A DNA stretch of 64,000 nt. Origin: Macrostomum lignano (taxonomy: Eukaryota). The notes beneath the pieces were generated by a model that did no database searches, had not been told where the DNA came from, and saw nothing but the letters and a program-made list of their open reading frames with translations. A program made the position numbers and the translations under genes. Of the stretch, positions 45,015 through 57,486 are shown in pieces (positions within the stretch are counted from its first letter, which is position 1; every line of letters starts with the position of its first letter). The DNA lies in contig NIVC01000803.1 in assembly GCA_002269645.1 (NCBI GenBank), positions 124,001 through 188,000 on the forward strand, read 5' to 3'.

Positions 45015-45015
<1 letters not shown>

Positions 45016-45129
45016 AGTAGTAGTATTATTATTATTGTGTTTCACGAGTTGCGAGCGTCCTTCTACTTCGACTGTCCGTATACACTGACGTTTCAGTCAT
45101 CTCCTATTTCTAACTGTCGCTCAGACCGT

Positions 45130-45264
45130 TCAAGATCCCGCTCGGAACAGCACCAGCCAGTAGGCCATGTTCACCGCCACGAACGAGACAGGGAACAGGC
45201 ACCTGGCGGCGCGGTCGATCTTCGACTCCGAGTTCGGTCCCGAGACACTCTCGGAGCTCGGCCA

Positions 45265-45305
<41 letters not shown>

Positions 45306-48300
45306 TTCTGATTGGCGCGTATCTCCGGTCGCCGCGCAGACAGTCAGCGAACATCCGCAGGCAGGAGTTACCGTCGCCATGGACATCGCCCCGGCCGCCG
45401 TTGGCTGGGGTGGCATCGTCGATTCGTCGAGGAATCTCAACGTTGCCAGCCTTCGTGAAGTAGTTGACGCCCGCGTATTCCAGCAGGGCGGAGAACACGA
45501 AGAAGAAGCAGATGAGCAGGAAAATGTCCATGGCGGTGGCGTAGGGCACTTTTGGAAGGCCCATGCGGCCTGTGAGAGTGATTGTCACGCTGGTGAGCAG
45601 GGCTGTGATGCCTGTCAGTGAGTTCGTGAGTGAGCTCATGAGTGAGTTTATGACGGAGTTCATGAGTGAGTTCATGAGTGAGTTCAAAAGACAGTTCATG
45701 ACTGAGTTCAAAAGGCAGTTCATGACTGAGTTCATGACCGAGCTCATCACTGAGTTCATGACCGAGCTCATCACTGAGTTCATGATGGAGTCTCACCCAG
45801 AGTGACCCTGGCAGGCGTGGCCTCCCTGTTAATCCAGAAGCTGACCCAGGACATGGCGACCGTCATGTATGACGGCAGGTATATCTGCAGCACATAGAAG
45901 CCGATCATGCGCTCCAGCGGGATGGTCATGCTGAGCATGTTGCGCACCTCTAGAAAGCAGATCTATAATTATTTTTAGCAGAGAAAAACATTAAAAAAGG
46001 CTAAGCACTACATCTTACCTTTTCCAACCAAGGCCTCGGAGTGGGAGAACTGCACCAGATCCGGCCTGAATAAGAACTGGGCCATTGCGGTCACTTCGAA
46101 CCCCAGATTTTTATTACTGGAGTTCACTATGGTTGGAGGGATGCCGTATAGGTGAGAACTCAGCCTGGCCTCCTCCCACCAGAGGTAGACCAGGTTTCTT
46201 GAGTCGTAGGCGACTGTAAAGTAGTGAGATTGTGAGATTGGCCATAATGTAGTGTGAATAGCCGTTAGAGCAGTGTGTGAACACCCATGAAAACAGTGTG
46301 TGAATACCCGTGAGTACAGTGCGTGAACACCCATGAAAACAGTGTGTGAATACCCGTGAGAACAGTGCGTGAACACCCATGAAAACAGTGTGTGAACACC
46401 CATGAAAACAGTGTGTGAATACCCGTGAGAACAGTGTGTGAACACTCATGAAAACAGTGTGTGAACACCCATGAAAACAGTGTGTGAATACCCGTGAGAA
46501 CAGTGTGTGAACACCCATGAAAACAGTGTGTGAATACCCGTGAGAACAGTGCGTGAACACCCATGAAAACAGTGCGTGAACACCCATGAAAACAGTGTGT
46601 GAAGACCCATGAAAACAGTGTGTGAACACCCATGAAAACAGTGCGTGAACACCCATGAAAACAGTGTGTGAAGACCCATGAAAACAGTGTGTGAACACCC
46701 ATGAAAACAGTGCGTGAACACCCATGAAAACAGTGTGTGAACACACATGAAAACAGTGCGTGAACACCCATGAAAACAGTGCGTGAACACTCATGAAAAC
46801 AGTATGTGAACACCCATGAAAACAGTGTGTGAATAGCCATGAGAACAGTGCGTGAACACCCATGAAAACAGTTTGTGAAGACCCATGAAAACAGTGTGTG
46901 AATACCCGTGAGAACAGTGCGTGAACACCCATCAAAACAGTGTGTGAATACCCATGAGAACAGTGCGTGAACACCCATGAAAACAGTGTGTGAACACCCA
47001 TGAAAACAGTGCGTGAACACCCATGAAAACAGTGCGTGAACACTCATGAAAACAGTGTGTGAACACCCATGAAAACAGTTCGTGAACACCCATGAAAACA
47101 GTGCGTGAACACCCATGAAAACAGTGTGTGAATACCCGTGAGAACAGTGCGTGAACACCCATCAAAACAGTGTGTGAATACCCGTGAGAACAGTTCGTGA
47201 ACACCCATCAAAACAGTGTGTGAATACCCGTGAGAACAGTGCGTGAACACCCATAAAAACAGTGTGTGAAGACCCATCACAATCTGAATGTCCTCAACCG
47301 CAACAGCTGCAACCTCACAGCTGCCAATCATGAGCAGGCAGGTCTGACTGTCCACCGGAAATCTTCGGAAGTCCATGTGACAGAGCGCCTTCACAGTCAG
47401 TCTGAAATGAAAAGCAGCAATCCATAGACTCACAGAACACGTTGCCAGGATATTCAATAACAAACGAACCTCATCGAGAAGAACACGGTGCCGTCTGCTT
47501 GGATTCTCAGCAGCTTATTAGGCACGGTGATCTCGTGCAGTCTGGAGCCCTTGCCGTTGACAAAGTAGGTGTCGGGCCGCCAGATCCGGCGCAGGATGCT
47601 CACGCTCACCTTGATCTCCTTTTGGCGAGCGTCGGCCGGGTCGAAACGGAGGCGCTTGTCGATCCAGCACTGGCGAAAGTAGATCTCCATGGCGTACATC
47701 TGGGCGGGCGCAGGTCAGGGACTTTCAGGACTTGTTGTCCCTGATACCTGATTAGTAGTCCGTGATCTCATCTTCAATATCACCTTTGATCTCATCCTCA
47801 ATCTCACCTTTGATCTCATCTTCAATCTCAGCTTTGATCTTATCGTCAATCTAACCTTTGATCTCATCCTCAATCTCACCTTTGATCTCATCGTCAATCT
47901 CACTCTTGATCTCATTTTCAATCTCAATTTTGATCTCATATTTAATCTCACCTTTGATCTCATCCTCAATCTTACTTGATCTCATCCTTAATCTCACCTT
48001 TGATCTCATCCTCAACTTCACCTTTGATATCATCGTCCATCTCACTCTTGATCTCATCCTCAGCTTCACCTTTGATCTCATCCTTAATCTCACCTTTGAT
48101 CGCATCCTCAATCTCACCTTTGATATCATCGTCAATCTCACTCTTGATCTCATCCTCAATCTCACTTTTGATCTCATCCTCGATCTCACCTTTGATCTCA
48201 TCGTCAATCTCACCTTTGATCTCATCCTCAATCTCACCTTTGATCTCATCCTCAATCTCACCTTTGATCTCATCCTCAATCTCACCTTTGATCTCATCCT

Positions 48301-51089
48301 TAATCTCACCTTTGATCTTATCGTCAATCTCACCCTTGATCTCATCCTTAATCTCACCTTTGATCTCATCCTCAATCTCACCTTTAATCTCATCCTCAAT
48401 CTCACCTTTAATCTCATCCTCAATCTCACCTTTGATCTCATCCTTAATCTCACTTTTGATCTCATCCTCAATCTCACCTTTAATCTCATCCTCAATCTCA
48501 CCTTTGATCTCATCCTTAATCTCACTTTTGATCTCATTCTTAACCTCAACCTTTAATCTCACCATCAATCTCACCCAGAATTATACTGCAATATACTCAA
48601 TCTTAACCTAAATCTTATCCTCTGAGCTCTCATTCTGAATCTCGCATTATTTATCTTTCATATCAAACTTGGGATGAAAAATAAAAATAGACTCCAGCAA
48701 AGGTGACAAGGCCGAGCTCACCATTTGTTCCTCATCAATTGGGCCCAGATTCTTGATCAGCATGTTAACTGAGACGGCCACAGGATTGCTGTCTGCAATC
48801 GTTTTGTGCAACAAAATTTAGAACATAGAAACTACTGAATTTAGTAGCACGCTATGCAATTGACAACTATATGCTTAAATTCTGGGAAAAAAATTGGCTC
48901 AGACTGCATCGGCCCTTTGTGACCTCAGCTTGAAACCAGGTTTAATTAGCCTTGATACCCAGCTTGGCGTCCTCTGACACACAGTTCAGAACCCTCTGAC
49001 ACACAGATCAGAACCCTCTGACACACAGTTCAGAACCCTCTGACACACACAGTTCAGAACCCTCTGACACACAGTTCAGAACCCTCTGACACACAGTTAA
49101 GAACCCTCTGACACACAGTTCAGAACCCTCTGACACACAGTTCAGAACCCTCTGACACACAATTCAAAACCCTCTGACACACAGTTCAGAACCCTCTGAC
49201 ACACAGTTCAGAACCCTCTGACATACACAGTTCAGAACCCTCTGACACACAGTTCAGAACCCTCTGACACACAATTCAAAACCCTCTGACACACAGTTCA
49301 GAACCCTCTGACATACACAGTTCAGAACCCTCTGACACACAGTTCAGAACCCTCTGACACACAGTTCAGAACCCTCTGACACACAGTTCAGAACCCTCTG
49401 ACACACAATTCAAAACCCTCTGACACACAGTTCAGAACCCTCTGACACACAGTTCAGAACCCTCTGACATACACAGTTCAGAACCCTCTGACACACAGTT
49501 CAGAACCCTCTGACACACAATTCAAAACCCTCTGACACACAGTTCAGAACCCTCTGACATACACAGTTCAGAACCCTCTGACACACAATTCAAAACCCTC
49601 TGACACACAGTTCAGAACCCTCTGACACACAGTTCAGAACCCTCTGACATACACAGTTCAGAACCCTCTGACACACAGTTCAGAACCCTCTGACACACAA
49701 TTCAAAACCCTCTGACACACAGTTCAGAACCCTCTGACACACAGTTCAGAACCCTCTGACATACACAGTTCAGAACCCTCTGACACACAGTTAAGAACCC
49801 TCTGACACACAGTTCAGAACCCTCTGACACACAGTTCAGAACCCTCTGACACACAGTTCAGAACCCTCTGACACACAGTTCAGAACCCTCTGACACACAG
49901 TTCAGAACCCTCTGACACACAGTTCAGAACCCTCTGACACATAGTTCAGAACCCTCTGACACACAGTTCAGAACCCTCTGACACACAGTTCAGAACCCTC
50001 TGACACACAGTTCAAAACCCTCTGACACCCAGCTTGGCGCTTAATGCCATTCTGATTGGCGCCCCTTGGAGCCCTGGAGCCCATTCCAGAAATTCCCCCA
50101 GGTTTAATCTGTCATACAGACATCCAGGTGTAGCAGGTAAGGAACTGAACGCTGAAATTCTTTCTACTTGTGTCCCTCGATTTGATAACTTTCCAACTGA
50201 CTGCCCCGCAGTCCGCACCCAAGATCGCGTGTGTGCCTGCCTTTGTAGCCTGTGTGCTGCTGTATTTTTTGTTTTAGTCTTCTTTGAAATTGAAGTTGCG
50301 GGGAGATGTAGAATTATAGTCCGAAGGGAGCTGGGCGCAATTAAAGTACCACCACCCCCCCCCCGCTGTGACGAGGCAGACATCTCAAACATAGTTAGCA
50401 ATCTGAGGCAGAAATGACAGAAAAGCAGTGCTGGGACAGAGTAACAAAAAGCAACTGCACTGGGTCTTGTTTGATTTGCTCGAATATTCTTTTGAACAAT
50501 TTTTCTGCTTATGTCACTTTAACGGTCGTATTTCTATCTGCTATAGTATTGTGCTCGATCTGCTCATAGTACTTGATCTGCTCATAATGTTTGATCTGCT
50601 TATAGTTTTTTTATCTGCTCATAGTAGTCGATCTGACTATTGTACTATTATTCATTGTCTCATTCGCAATACCTGACTTCCTTATCTGCTCATGGATATT
50701 TTTCATCAGCTGATTGCAATTTATCTGCTCGTAGGACTTTACAAGAGTTCTGTGCTTGCCTTTTAAAGTCATCAAACTTCTTCTCATGCGCTCCCAGTCT
50801 CAGCTTTTTATGCAGCCATCTACTCATAGTGGAGAAGTATAATTTGGTTATAAACTCCTCACCATCCACCTCACGCTCGCCTGTGGCGTTGTTCCACCGC
50901 ATGTCCAGACCGGGCCGCAGGTGGCTGTCGTAGCGAGCCCCGGCCAGGATCTGGTCCAGCACCCGGGACACGCGGACCAGGTGAGACGCGTTGCCTAGCA
51001 ACGGCACCTGGTCGGCGTCCTCATTGCTGGCATTTGCGGCTGCGATTGAGACCAGGCAGCAGGTCAGCAGCGCGAGGCTGATGAGGAGC
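45130..51089 (-). CDS. Cys-loop ligand-gated anion channel subunit (GABA-A/GRD-like); exons 51089-50863, 48792-48722, 47699-47470, 47401-47319, 46213-46019, 45949-45797, 45611-45130; first exon not identified
   Basis: [45 protein letters not shown], Cys-loop [16 protein letters not shown]1 [10 protein letters not shown]...[12 protein letters not shown]2 ([15 protein letters not shown]), [12 protein letters not shown]4 [10 protein letters not shown]; phases consistent. Confidence 0.9.
45615..45785. repeat. 12/24-bp repeat (GAGTTCATGACT)n filling a 185-bp receptor intron
   Basis: Directly visible. Confidence 0.85.
46268..47275. repeat. 23-bp minisatellite (GTGTGTGAACACCCATGAAAACA)n
   Basis: About 44 units; receptor intron. 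Confidence 0.95.
47765..48560. repeat. 24-bp minisatellite (GATCTCATCCTCAATCTCACCTTT)n
   Basis: Directly visible; receptor intron. Confidence 0.95.
48970..50027. repeat. 22-bp minisatellite (CTCTGACACACAGTTCAGAACC)n flanked by direct repeat CCCAGCTTGGCG
   Basis: About 47 units; flanking repeats at 48958-48969 and 50028-50039. Confidence 0.95.
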
Positions 51090-51279
51090 CTTGGGAAGAA
51101 AATCAACTTTATTTTCAATTTTAAGTTTTCGGGGGATTTTATCGAAGTTAGAATTCTTGGGATTAAGAGTTTTAATTTTTCTGGATTGGGACTTTTTAGA
51201 ATCAGGATTTTCGAGATTGAGAATGGTATTTCTTGGAATTGAGGTTTTAGCAGTGGGATTTTTTAATATGGCATTTTTA

Positions 51280-51760
51280 GGATTTCGACTTTTGGGATTG
51301 GCATTTTTTGGGTTTCGACTTTTGGGATTGGCATTTTTTGGATTTAGACTTTTGGGATTGGCATTTTTTGGATTTAGACTTTTGGGATTGGCATTTTTGG
51401 GATTTAGACTTTTCGGATTGGCATTTTTGGGATTTATACTTTTGGGATTGGCATTTTTGGGATTTCGACTTTTCGGATTGGCATTTTTGGGATTTATACT
51501 TTTGGGATTGGCATTTTTGGGATTTCGACTTTTCGGATTGGCATTTTTGGGATTTAGACTTTTCGGATTGGCATTTTTGGGATTTCGACTTTTGGGATCG
51601 ACATTTTTGGGATTTCGACTTTTGGGATTGGCATTTTTTGGATTTCGACTTTTGGGATTGGCATTTTTGGGATTTAGACTTTTGGGATTGGCATTTTTGG
51701 GATTTAGACTTTTCGGATTGACATTTTTGGGATTTAGACTTTTGAGTTTTAAGTTTTTGA
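51280..51760. repeat. 30-bp minisatellite (GGATTTAGACTTTTGGGATTGGCATTTTT(T/G))n
   Basis: Directly visible upstream of receptor exon 51089. Confidence 0.9.
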
Positions 51761-52536
51761 CTTTTGACATTTTTGACTTTTTGTCTTTTGACTTTTTGAG
51801 TTTTCGGCACTGGAATTTTTAAGATTAGGATTTTTGGCATTTAGGTTTTAGTGAATGCGATTTTTGGGAATGCAATTTGACGGAATGGGATTTCTTGAGA
51901 TTAGGAATTTTTCGATGGGAGATTTTTTTGCAATAGGGATTGTTGAAATAGAGATTTTATATCTTGTACTTGATTTGATTGAATGCGCAGCACTTCAAGG
52001 TAGGTTGTACTTTATCAGAAATTTTAACAGGCAATTTGTAGGCCATTATGCTTTTGTGTCGAACTATGCTCTCTCTCTCTCTCCCTCAATGTTTCATCTT
52101 ATTAACTATGCATGAAGCTTCGTGCTTTGATATTTGATCGGCTGTTGGTTCAGCAAGCAGTCAAATAGCTGCACACATGCAGAGAGGCTTATAACGCGGA
52201 TATTAAAAACTCTTTGATCACAGTTAAGGACACTCCTTCTGCTGCGTGACGCCCTGATCGTGACTGACTTGGCAGGGAACTGGATATTTCCATCGCTAGA
52301 TCCGGTGGGATTTCCCACATGAGACTGACTGGCAGCTGTTAAAATTTATAAATATCGTACGAGTAAAGCAAAGATTTATCAATAGAAATAAAGTGGATTG
52401 CTAATCTAGCTATCAAAAGGGGGGGGGGTTTCTGCGCTTCTTCGCGGAAATAGGCCAGGGGGTTGTCCTGCGATTCACACCAGGGATAAGGGCTAATCCC
52501 CTAGGCACAGCCTGTGCCTGAGTACGGTATTGGCGC

Positions 52537-53148
52537 GCTGGTGTGTGCTCGGGAGTCAGCGGGATGGGCAGAATGGCCTCAGCGCTGGTGTGTGCTCGGG
52601 AGTCAGCGGGATGGGCAGAATGGCCTCAGCGCTGGTGTGTGCTCGGGAGTCAGCGGGATGGGCAGAATGGCCTCAGCGCTGGTGTGTGCTCGGGAGTCAG
52701 CGGGATGGGCAGAATGGCCTCAGCGCTGGTGTGTGCTCGGGAGTCAGCGGGATGGGCAGAATGGCCTCAGCGCTGGTGTGTGCTCGGGAGTCAGCGGGAT
52801 GGGCAGAATGGCCTCAGCGCTGGTGTGTGCTCGGGAGTCAGCGGGATGGGCAGAATGGCCTCAGCGCTGGTGTGTGCTCGGGAGTCAGCGGGATGGGCAG
52901 AATGGCCTCAGCGCTGGTGTGTGCTCGGGAGTCAGCGGAATGGGCAGAATTGCCTCAGCGCTGGTGTGTGCTCGGGAGTCAGCGGGATGGGCAGAATGGC
53001 CTCAGCGCTGGTGTGTGCTCGGGAGTCAGCGGGATGGGCAGAATGGCCTCAGCGCTGGTGTGTGCTCAGGAGTCAGCGGGATGGGCAGAATGGCCTCAAC
53101 GCTGGTGTGTGCTCAGGAGTCAGCAGGATGGGCAGAATGGCCTCAGCG
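52537..53148 (+). repeat. 47-bp minisatellite x13 derived from the SINE family 2 body
   Basis: Unit GCTGGTGTGTGCTCGGGAGTCAGCGGGATGGGCAGAATGGCCTCAGC matches single-copy SINE sequence at about 14730-14775. Confidence 0.9.
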
Positions 53149-53998
53149 GAATGGGCAGAACTGCGTGTTCGTGGGACGTCGTTTCAATTGTACAAATTTC
53201 CCCAGGAATCTCAGCACCATGCGCCCGAGTTGACTCCGCCTGCGGTGGTGGCGGTGGTGGTGGTCGGACTCGGGTACAATCAATTCGATTAGAAGTTCAC
53301 CCAGCGATATCCTTGCTACTGACTGACACTGCGGATAGACGGATCCAGACAGATTAATTTGTCCGAGTGGAGGCGGCCCGCAGCCTCCCTCTCGGTAGCA
53401 TAATTGGATGATGAAGCTTTGCTCGTTGGGGAGGCCCGCTAGACGAACGGAATCACACTTGAACGGCCGGCCCCTTTTTCTTTACGCACTTTATCCGATT
53501 TTCAGTCGTTAAGATCCCGGATCCTGCAGGGCTCAGACAAATCATCCAGCGGTTCCTGTGTGTGTTTTTTGAGTCTGTTTTTTCTAGCGCTAACGGCTAA
53601 CGAATTCGCAGGAGATGCAAAGAACAGGCCGTGTCGTGGAGCCGCATAAGTTTACAAGCCAAGCTGGCGGTTGCTGTTCTGATGCGCAATTGCCAGCTAG
53701 GGTGAATGCCACGTGATAGTTGATAATTTGCCTGCATGATCAGCCCAGGTGTTTGGAGAGAGGGATTATAGAGAGGAATTAGCAATGGATTGCTAATCTA
53801 TCTTCCTCATTCATGATGGATGGCTTATATAAGATAGATTGAAAAAAAAGTTTTTCTATAATTGATATAGTATAGAATGGATTGCTAATCTATTCAAATT
53901 TGAATATAATGAAAGAAGAATGAATTGATAATCTATCCTTTATAGATAAAGAAATAGAGTGGATTGCTAATCTATCCAGTATGGATAATGAAATAGCG

Positions 53999-54462
53999 AG
54001 GATTGCTAATCTAGCCAACATGAATAGATTAAATGGATTGGATTGCTAATCTAGCCAACATGAATAGATTAAATGGATTGGATTGCTAATCTAGCCAACA
54101 TGAATAGATTAAATGAATTGGATTGCTAATCTAGCCAACATGAATAGATTAAATGGATTGGATTGCTAATCTAGCCAACATGGATAGATTAAATGGATTG
54201 GATTGCTAATCTAGCCAACATGGATAGATTAAATGGATTGGATTGCTAATCTAGCCAACATGAATATATTAAATGAATTGGATTGCTAATCTAGCCAACA
54301 TGAATAGATTAAATGGATTGGATTGCTAATCTAGCCAACATGGATAGATTAAATGGATTGGATTGCTAATCTAGCCAACATGGATAGATTAAATGGATTG
54401 GATTGCTAATCTAGCCAACATGAATATATTAAATGGATTGGATTGCTAATCTAGCCAACATT
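53999..54462. repeat. 40-bp minisatellite (GGATTGCTAATCTAGCCAACATGAATAGATTAAATGGATT)n
   Basis: About 11-12 units. Confidence 0.95.
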
Positions 54463-55158
54463 GGATAAAGGAAGCTTCAGCAGTCTCTTTCTCTGTTTCC
54501 GCAGAGCCGAAACGCTCCCATCAGACTTGGCACCGCAGCTCTGACAGGATCAATAAAAAGAATTGACAAAACCAGTGAGGCTGAGTTTTCAGCAGTCCAC
54601 ACCGATGGGAAAAGCACTTAAAGTTAAAACTTGAAGTTGCAGAGCGAAGTAGCAGCGAGTACGTGAAGCTGAGATTGCACAAAAGGCACTCACGAATGCT
54701 GGAGCAGTCGCATATCAGTCCAGAGCAGGTCAGGTTGCTGCCCTACTGGCTGCACAAATTTTGCTTCTCCTAATGGAGAGGCAGTCGTGAGCGCAGGTTT
54801 TGTGCCTTCCCCCCTTCCCAATGAAATTTAAACAGCTTTGAACCAATCGGCTTTTAGCAGAAACCCAACGGTTTCACGATACGAGCTTTAGTGTATAATT
54901 TAGGCTAATTTATAATCCTACTATTAGTAGAAACAGAGGACTAAACTCGCAGGACATCTTGAATGAAAATTGAAAAGAAGACTTTTGGAAAAAAGCGATT
55001 TTAAAATCGACATGGAAAAGTTTGTCACAAGCAACGAGACCGGAACTTACAATATTCAGTCAATACTACTTGCGCTTAGAGTGTCATAAAAGTAATATCT
55101 GTTGCGAATAAACTAATTTGCTTTAAAATGGGGTCCAATTTTTCACTACTTGAAGTAG

Positions 55159-57486
55159 TCACGGCAGATCGAAGGACCAAACGCAATTTGCGTCCGAATC
55201 GGCCACAAACAGTCGGACAAGGCCCTTCTTCGGATACTCGTACACGGACAGGCCAACCGGACGGCGCATGTCCGGTCGGGCCAGACGGTAGACGAGGTCG
55301 CCGTTGGCCGAGATAGCGTTCACGCAGCCGCCTGCGGAGTCTGTGGCGTACACCAGGCCGCGGCTGTCCACTGCGCAGGCTGAGGGAGCGCCCAGGCTGT
55401 AGCTGAAATTGCTGCTTCCGCCCTGGCTTCCGCCCTGGCTTCCGCCCTGGCTTCCGCCCTGGCTTCCGCCCTGGCTTCCGCCCTGGCTTCCGCCCTGGCT
55501 TCCGCCCTGGCTTCCGCCCTGGCTTCCGCCCTGGCTTCCGCCCTGGCTTCCGCCCTGGCTTCCGCCCTGGCTTCCGCCCTGGCTTCCGCCCTGGCTTCCG
55601 CCCTGGCTTCCGCCCTGGCTTCCGCCCTGGCTTCCGCCCTGGCTTCCGCCCTGGCTTCCGCCCTGGCTTCCGCCCTGGCTTCCGCCCTGGCTTCCGCCCT
55701 GGCTTCCGCCCTGGCTTCCGCCCTGGCTTCCGCCCTGGCTTCCGCCCTGGCTTCCGCCCTGGCTTCCGCCCTGGCTTCCGCCCTGGCTTCCGCCCTGGCT
55801 TCCGCCCTGGCTTCCGCCCTGGCTTCCGCCCTGGCTTCCGCCCTGGCTTCCGCCCTGGCTTCCGCCCTGGCTTCCGCCCTGGCTTCCGCCCTGGCTTCCG
55901 CCCTGGCTTCCGCCCTGGCTTCCGCCCTGGCTTCCGCCCTGGCTTCCGCCCTGGCTTCCGCCCTGGCTTCCGCCCTGGCTTCCGCCCTGGCTTCCGCCCT
56001 GGCTTCCGCCCTGGCTTCCGCCCTGGCTTCCGCCCTGGCTTCCGCCCTGGCTTCCGCCCTGGCTTCCGCCCTGGCTTCCGCCCTGGCTTCCGCCCTGGCT
56101 TCCGCCCTGGCTTCCGCCCTGGCTTCCGCCCTGGCTTCCGCCCTGGCTTCCGCCCTGGCTTCCGCCCTGGCTTCCGCCCTGGCTTCCGCCCTGGCTTCCG
56201 CCCTGGCTTCCGCCCTGGCTTCCGCCCTGGCTTCCGCCCTGGCTTCCGCCCTGGCTTCCGCCCTGGCTTCCGCCCTGGCTTCCGCCCTAGCTTCTGCCCT
56301 GGCTTCCGCCCTGGCTTCCGCCCTGGCTTCCGCCCTGGCTTTCGCCGCCAGCAACCGGAGGGAAGACGGCGACAACTCGCTGGGTGAATTCGCACAGCTT
56401 GGCCAGGCAGGCCGGAGCCACCGAGCAGATGTACAGATGCGGCGGCTTCCTGGCCAGGCCGAACGCCGTCTCGCTGCCGTCCCAGCGCCGCCGGAACAGG
56501 TGGCTGACATCCGTCGGCTCCCAGCGGGCGCGCGTCGAAATGAGAAGCGCCGAGGCATCAACGCGACTGGCATCGTCGTCCAGGACCTCCTCGCCAGCGG
56601 CTTCGGCTGTCACCACGGCGAAAGCGAACAGCTCCTCGGGCTTGTCGCCGAAGCTCAGGCCGAAGGGCAGGCAGATTGCCCGGTCGGTGAGGCCGAAGTC
56701 TGCGCCAACCAGTCGCCGAATGACGCCGCCGGAGAGGTCCATCAGCAGCACCGACGAGCCGGCGCCGCCTCCGGTCGGCTTGACAACCGACACGGCAAGC
56801 AAACCGTCTGAGTTGCTGGCCTCCAGGCCGGCGATGAAGTCGCCAGCCTCCAGGCCCGCTGGGCGCAGCGGCACCGTCAGGCGAGTCGGCGGCGGCAATA
56901 CCAGCGACAGCCGACAGACGGAGCCGCCCTCAGCGTGCGCCACGGCCAGGCAAGGAGGCGGCACCTCCAGCCAGCCGGCCTCCCCCGCCAGCTCCGCCTC
57001 GTCGCCGTTCACCAGTCGGAGGCGCGGCTGATCGGCGACGTCCCGGACTCGAATCCGAAGGTGGCAAGTCCGGGCGCAGGCGGCCACCAGGCTGGGCGCG
57101 AGGATGCCCGGCGCGGCGATGGCCGTCGCTCGCTGCGCCGGCACGGCGGCATCCAGCCGGCCAACGCGCGGCGGCGGCGTGGCATCGGCGAGGCGGAGCC
57201 GCGGCAGCAGGGTGCCCAGCCGGTGCCGCAGGTTGCCAAGGTAGCCAATGACGTCGCTCTGATCGGCAAAGTTGCAGCAGCGGCTGTCAGCATCGGCCTG
57301 CAGCTGGGATTCAACAGTCAGACGCTGCTCGGCGAGGTCCTTCAGCAGTCGGTCCCGGTGCTGCGTCAGCAGCTCATGCAGCCGGTTGAACTCGGCGTCC
57401 AGCTCGACCGCCTGCCAGTCGAAGAGGTCGAGACGCCGACGCAGCTGCTCAGCTGAGAGGCGGTCGCGGTTCGGAGTTCGACTCAT
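55159..57486 (-). CDS. Coiled-coil + NHL-repeat protein (TRIM-NHL-like, no RING seen), interrupted by a 12-bp repeat array; tentative exons 57486-56356 and 55422-55159 (464 aa)
   Basis: N-terminal heptad helix, then NHL-like blades ([13 protein letters not shown]; [20 protein letters not shown]; RPVGLSV...[14 protein letters not shown]). Both flanks are in the same frame. The splice model is uncertain (weak GTTGCT donor, purine-rich acceptor). Confidence 0.65.
55415..56340. repeat. Nearly perfect 12-bp repeat (CTTCCGCCCTGG)x~77
   Basis: Directly visible; only the units near 56280-56300 and the first unit vary. Confidence 0.98.

Noticed and set aside
45612-45796. Repeat ORF (MNSVMSSV...) as an N-terminal coding extension of the last receptor exon
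   Set aside because: Bounded by canonical phase-1 donor and acceptor whose splicing restores the PARVTLG-ITALLT M2 helix; 185 bp would frameshift if retained.
52270-52320. First coding exon of the Cys-loop receptor
   Set aside because: The ATG frame ends in phase 1 at the GTCAGT donor while the 51089 acceptor needs phase 2; left unresolved.
54505-54800. Plus-strand exon after the 40-bp array
   Set aside because: Acceptor-like TTTCCGCAG is present, but the reading frame checked closes within about 40 codons and no partner exon was found.
55320-56573. 417-aa (AEAR)n ORF and the (PGRK)n and (LPPW)n ORFs
   Set aside because: These are alternative frames of the 12-bp array; only the (QGGS) frame connects to recognisable NHL sequence on both sides.
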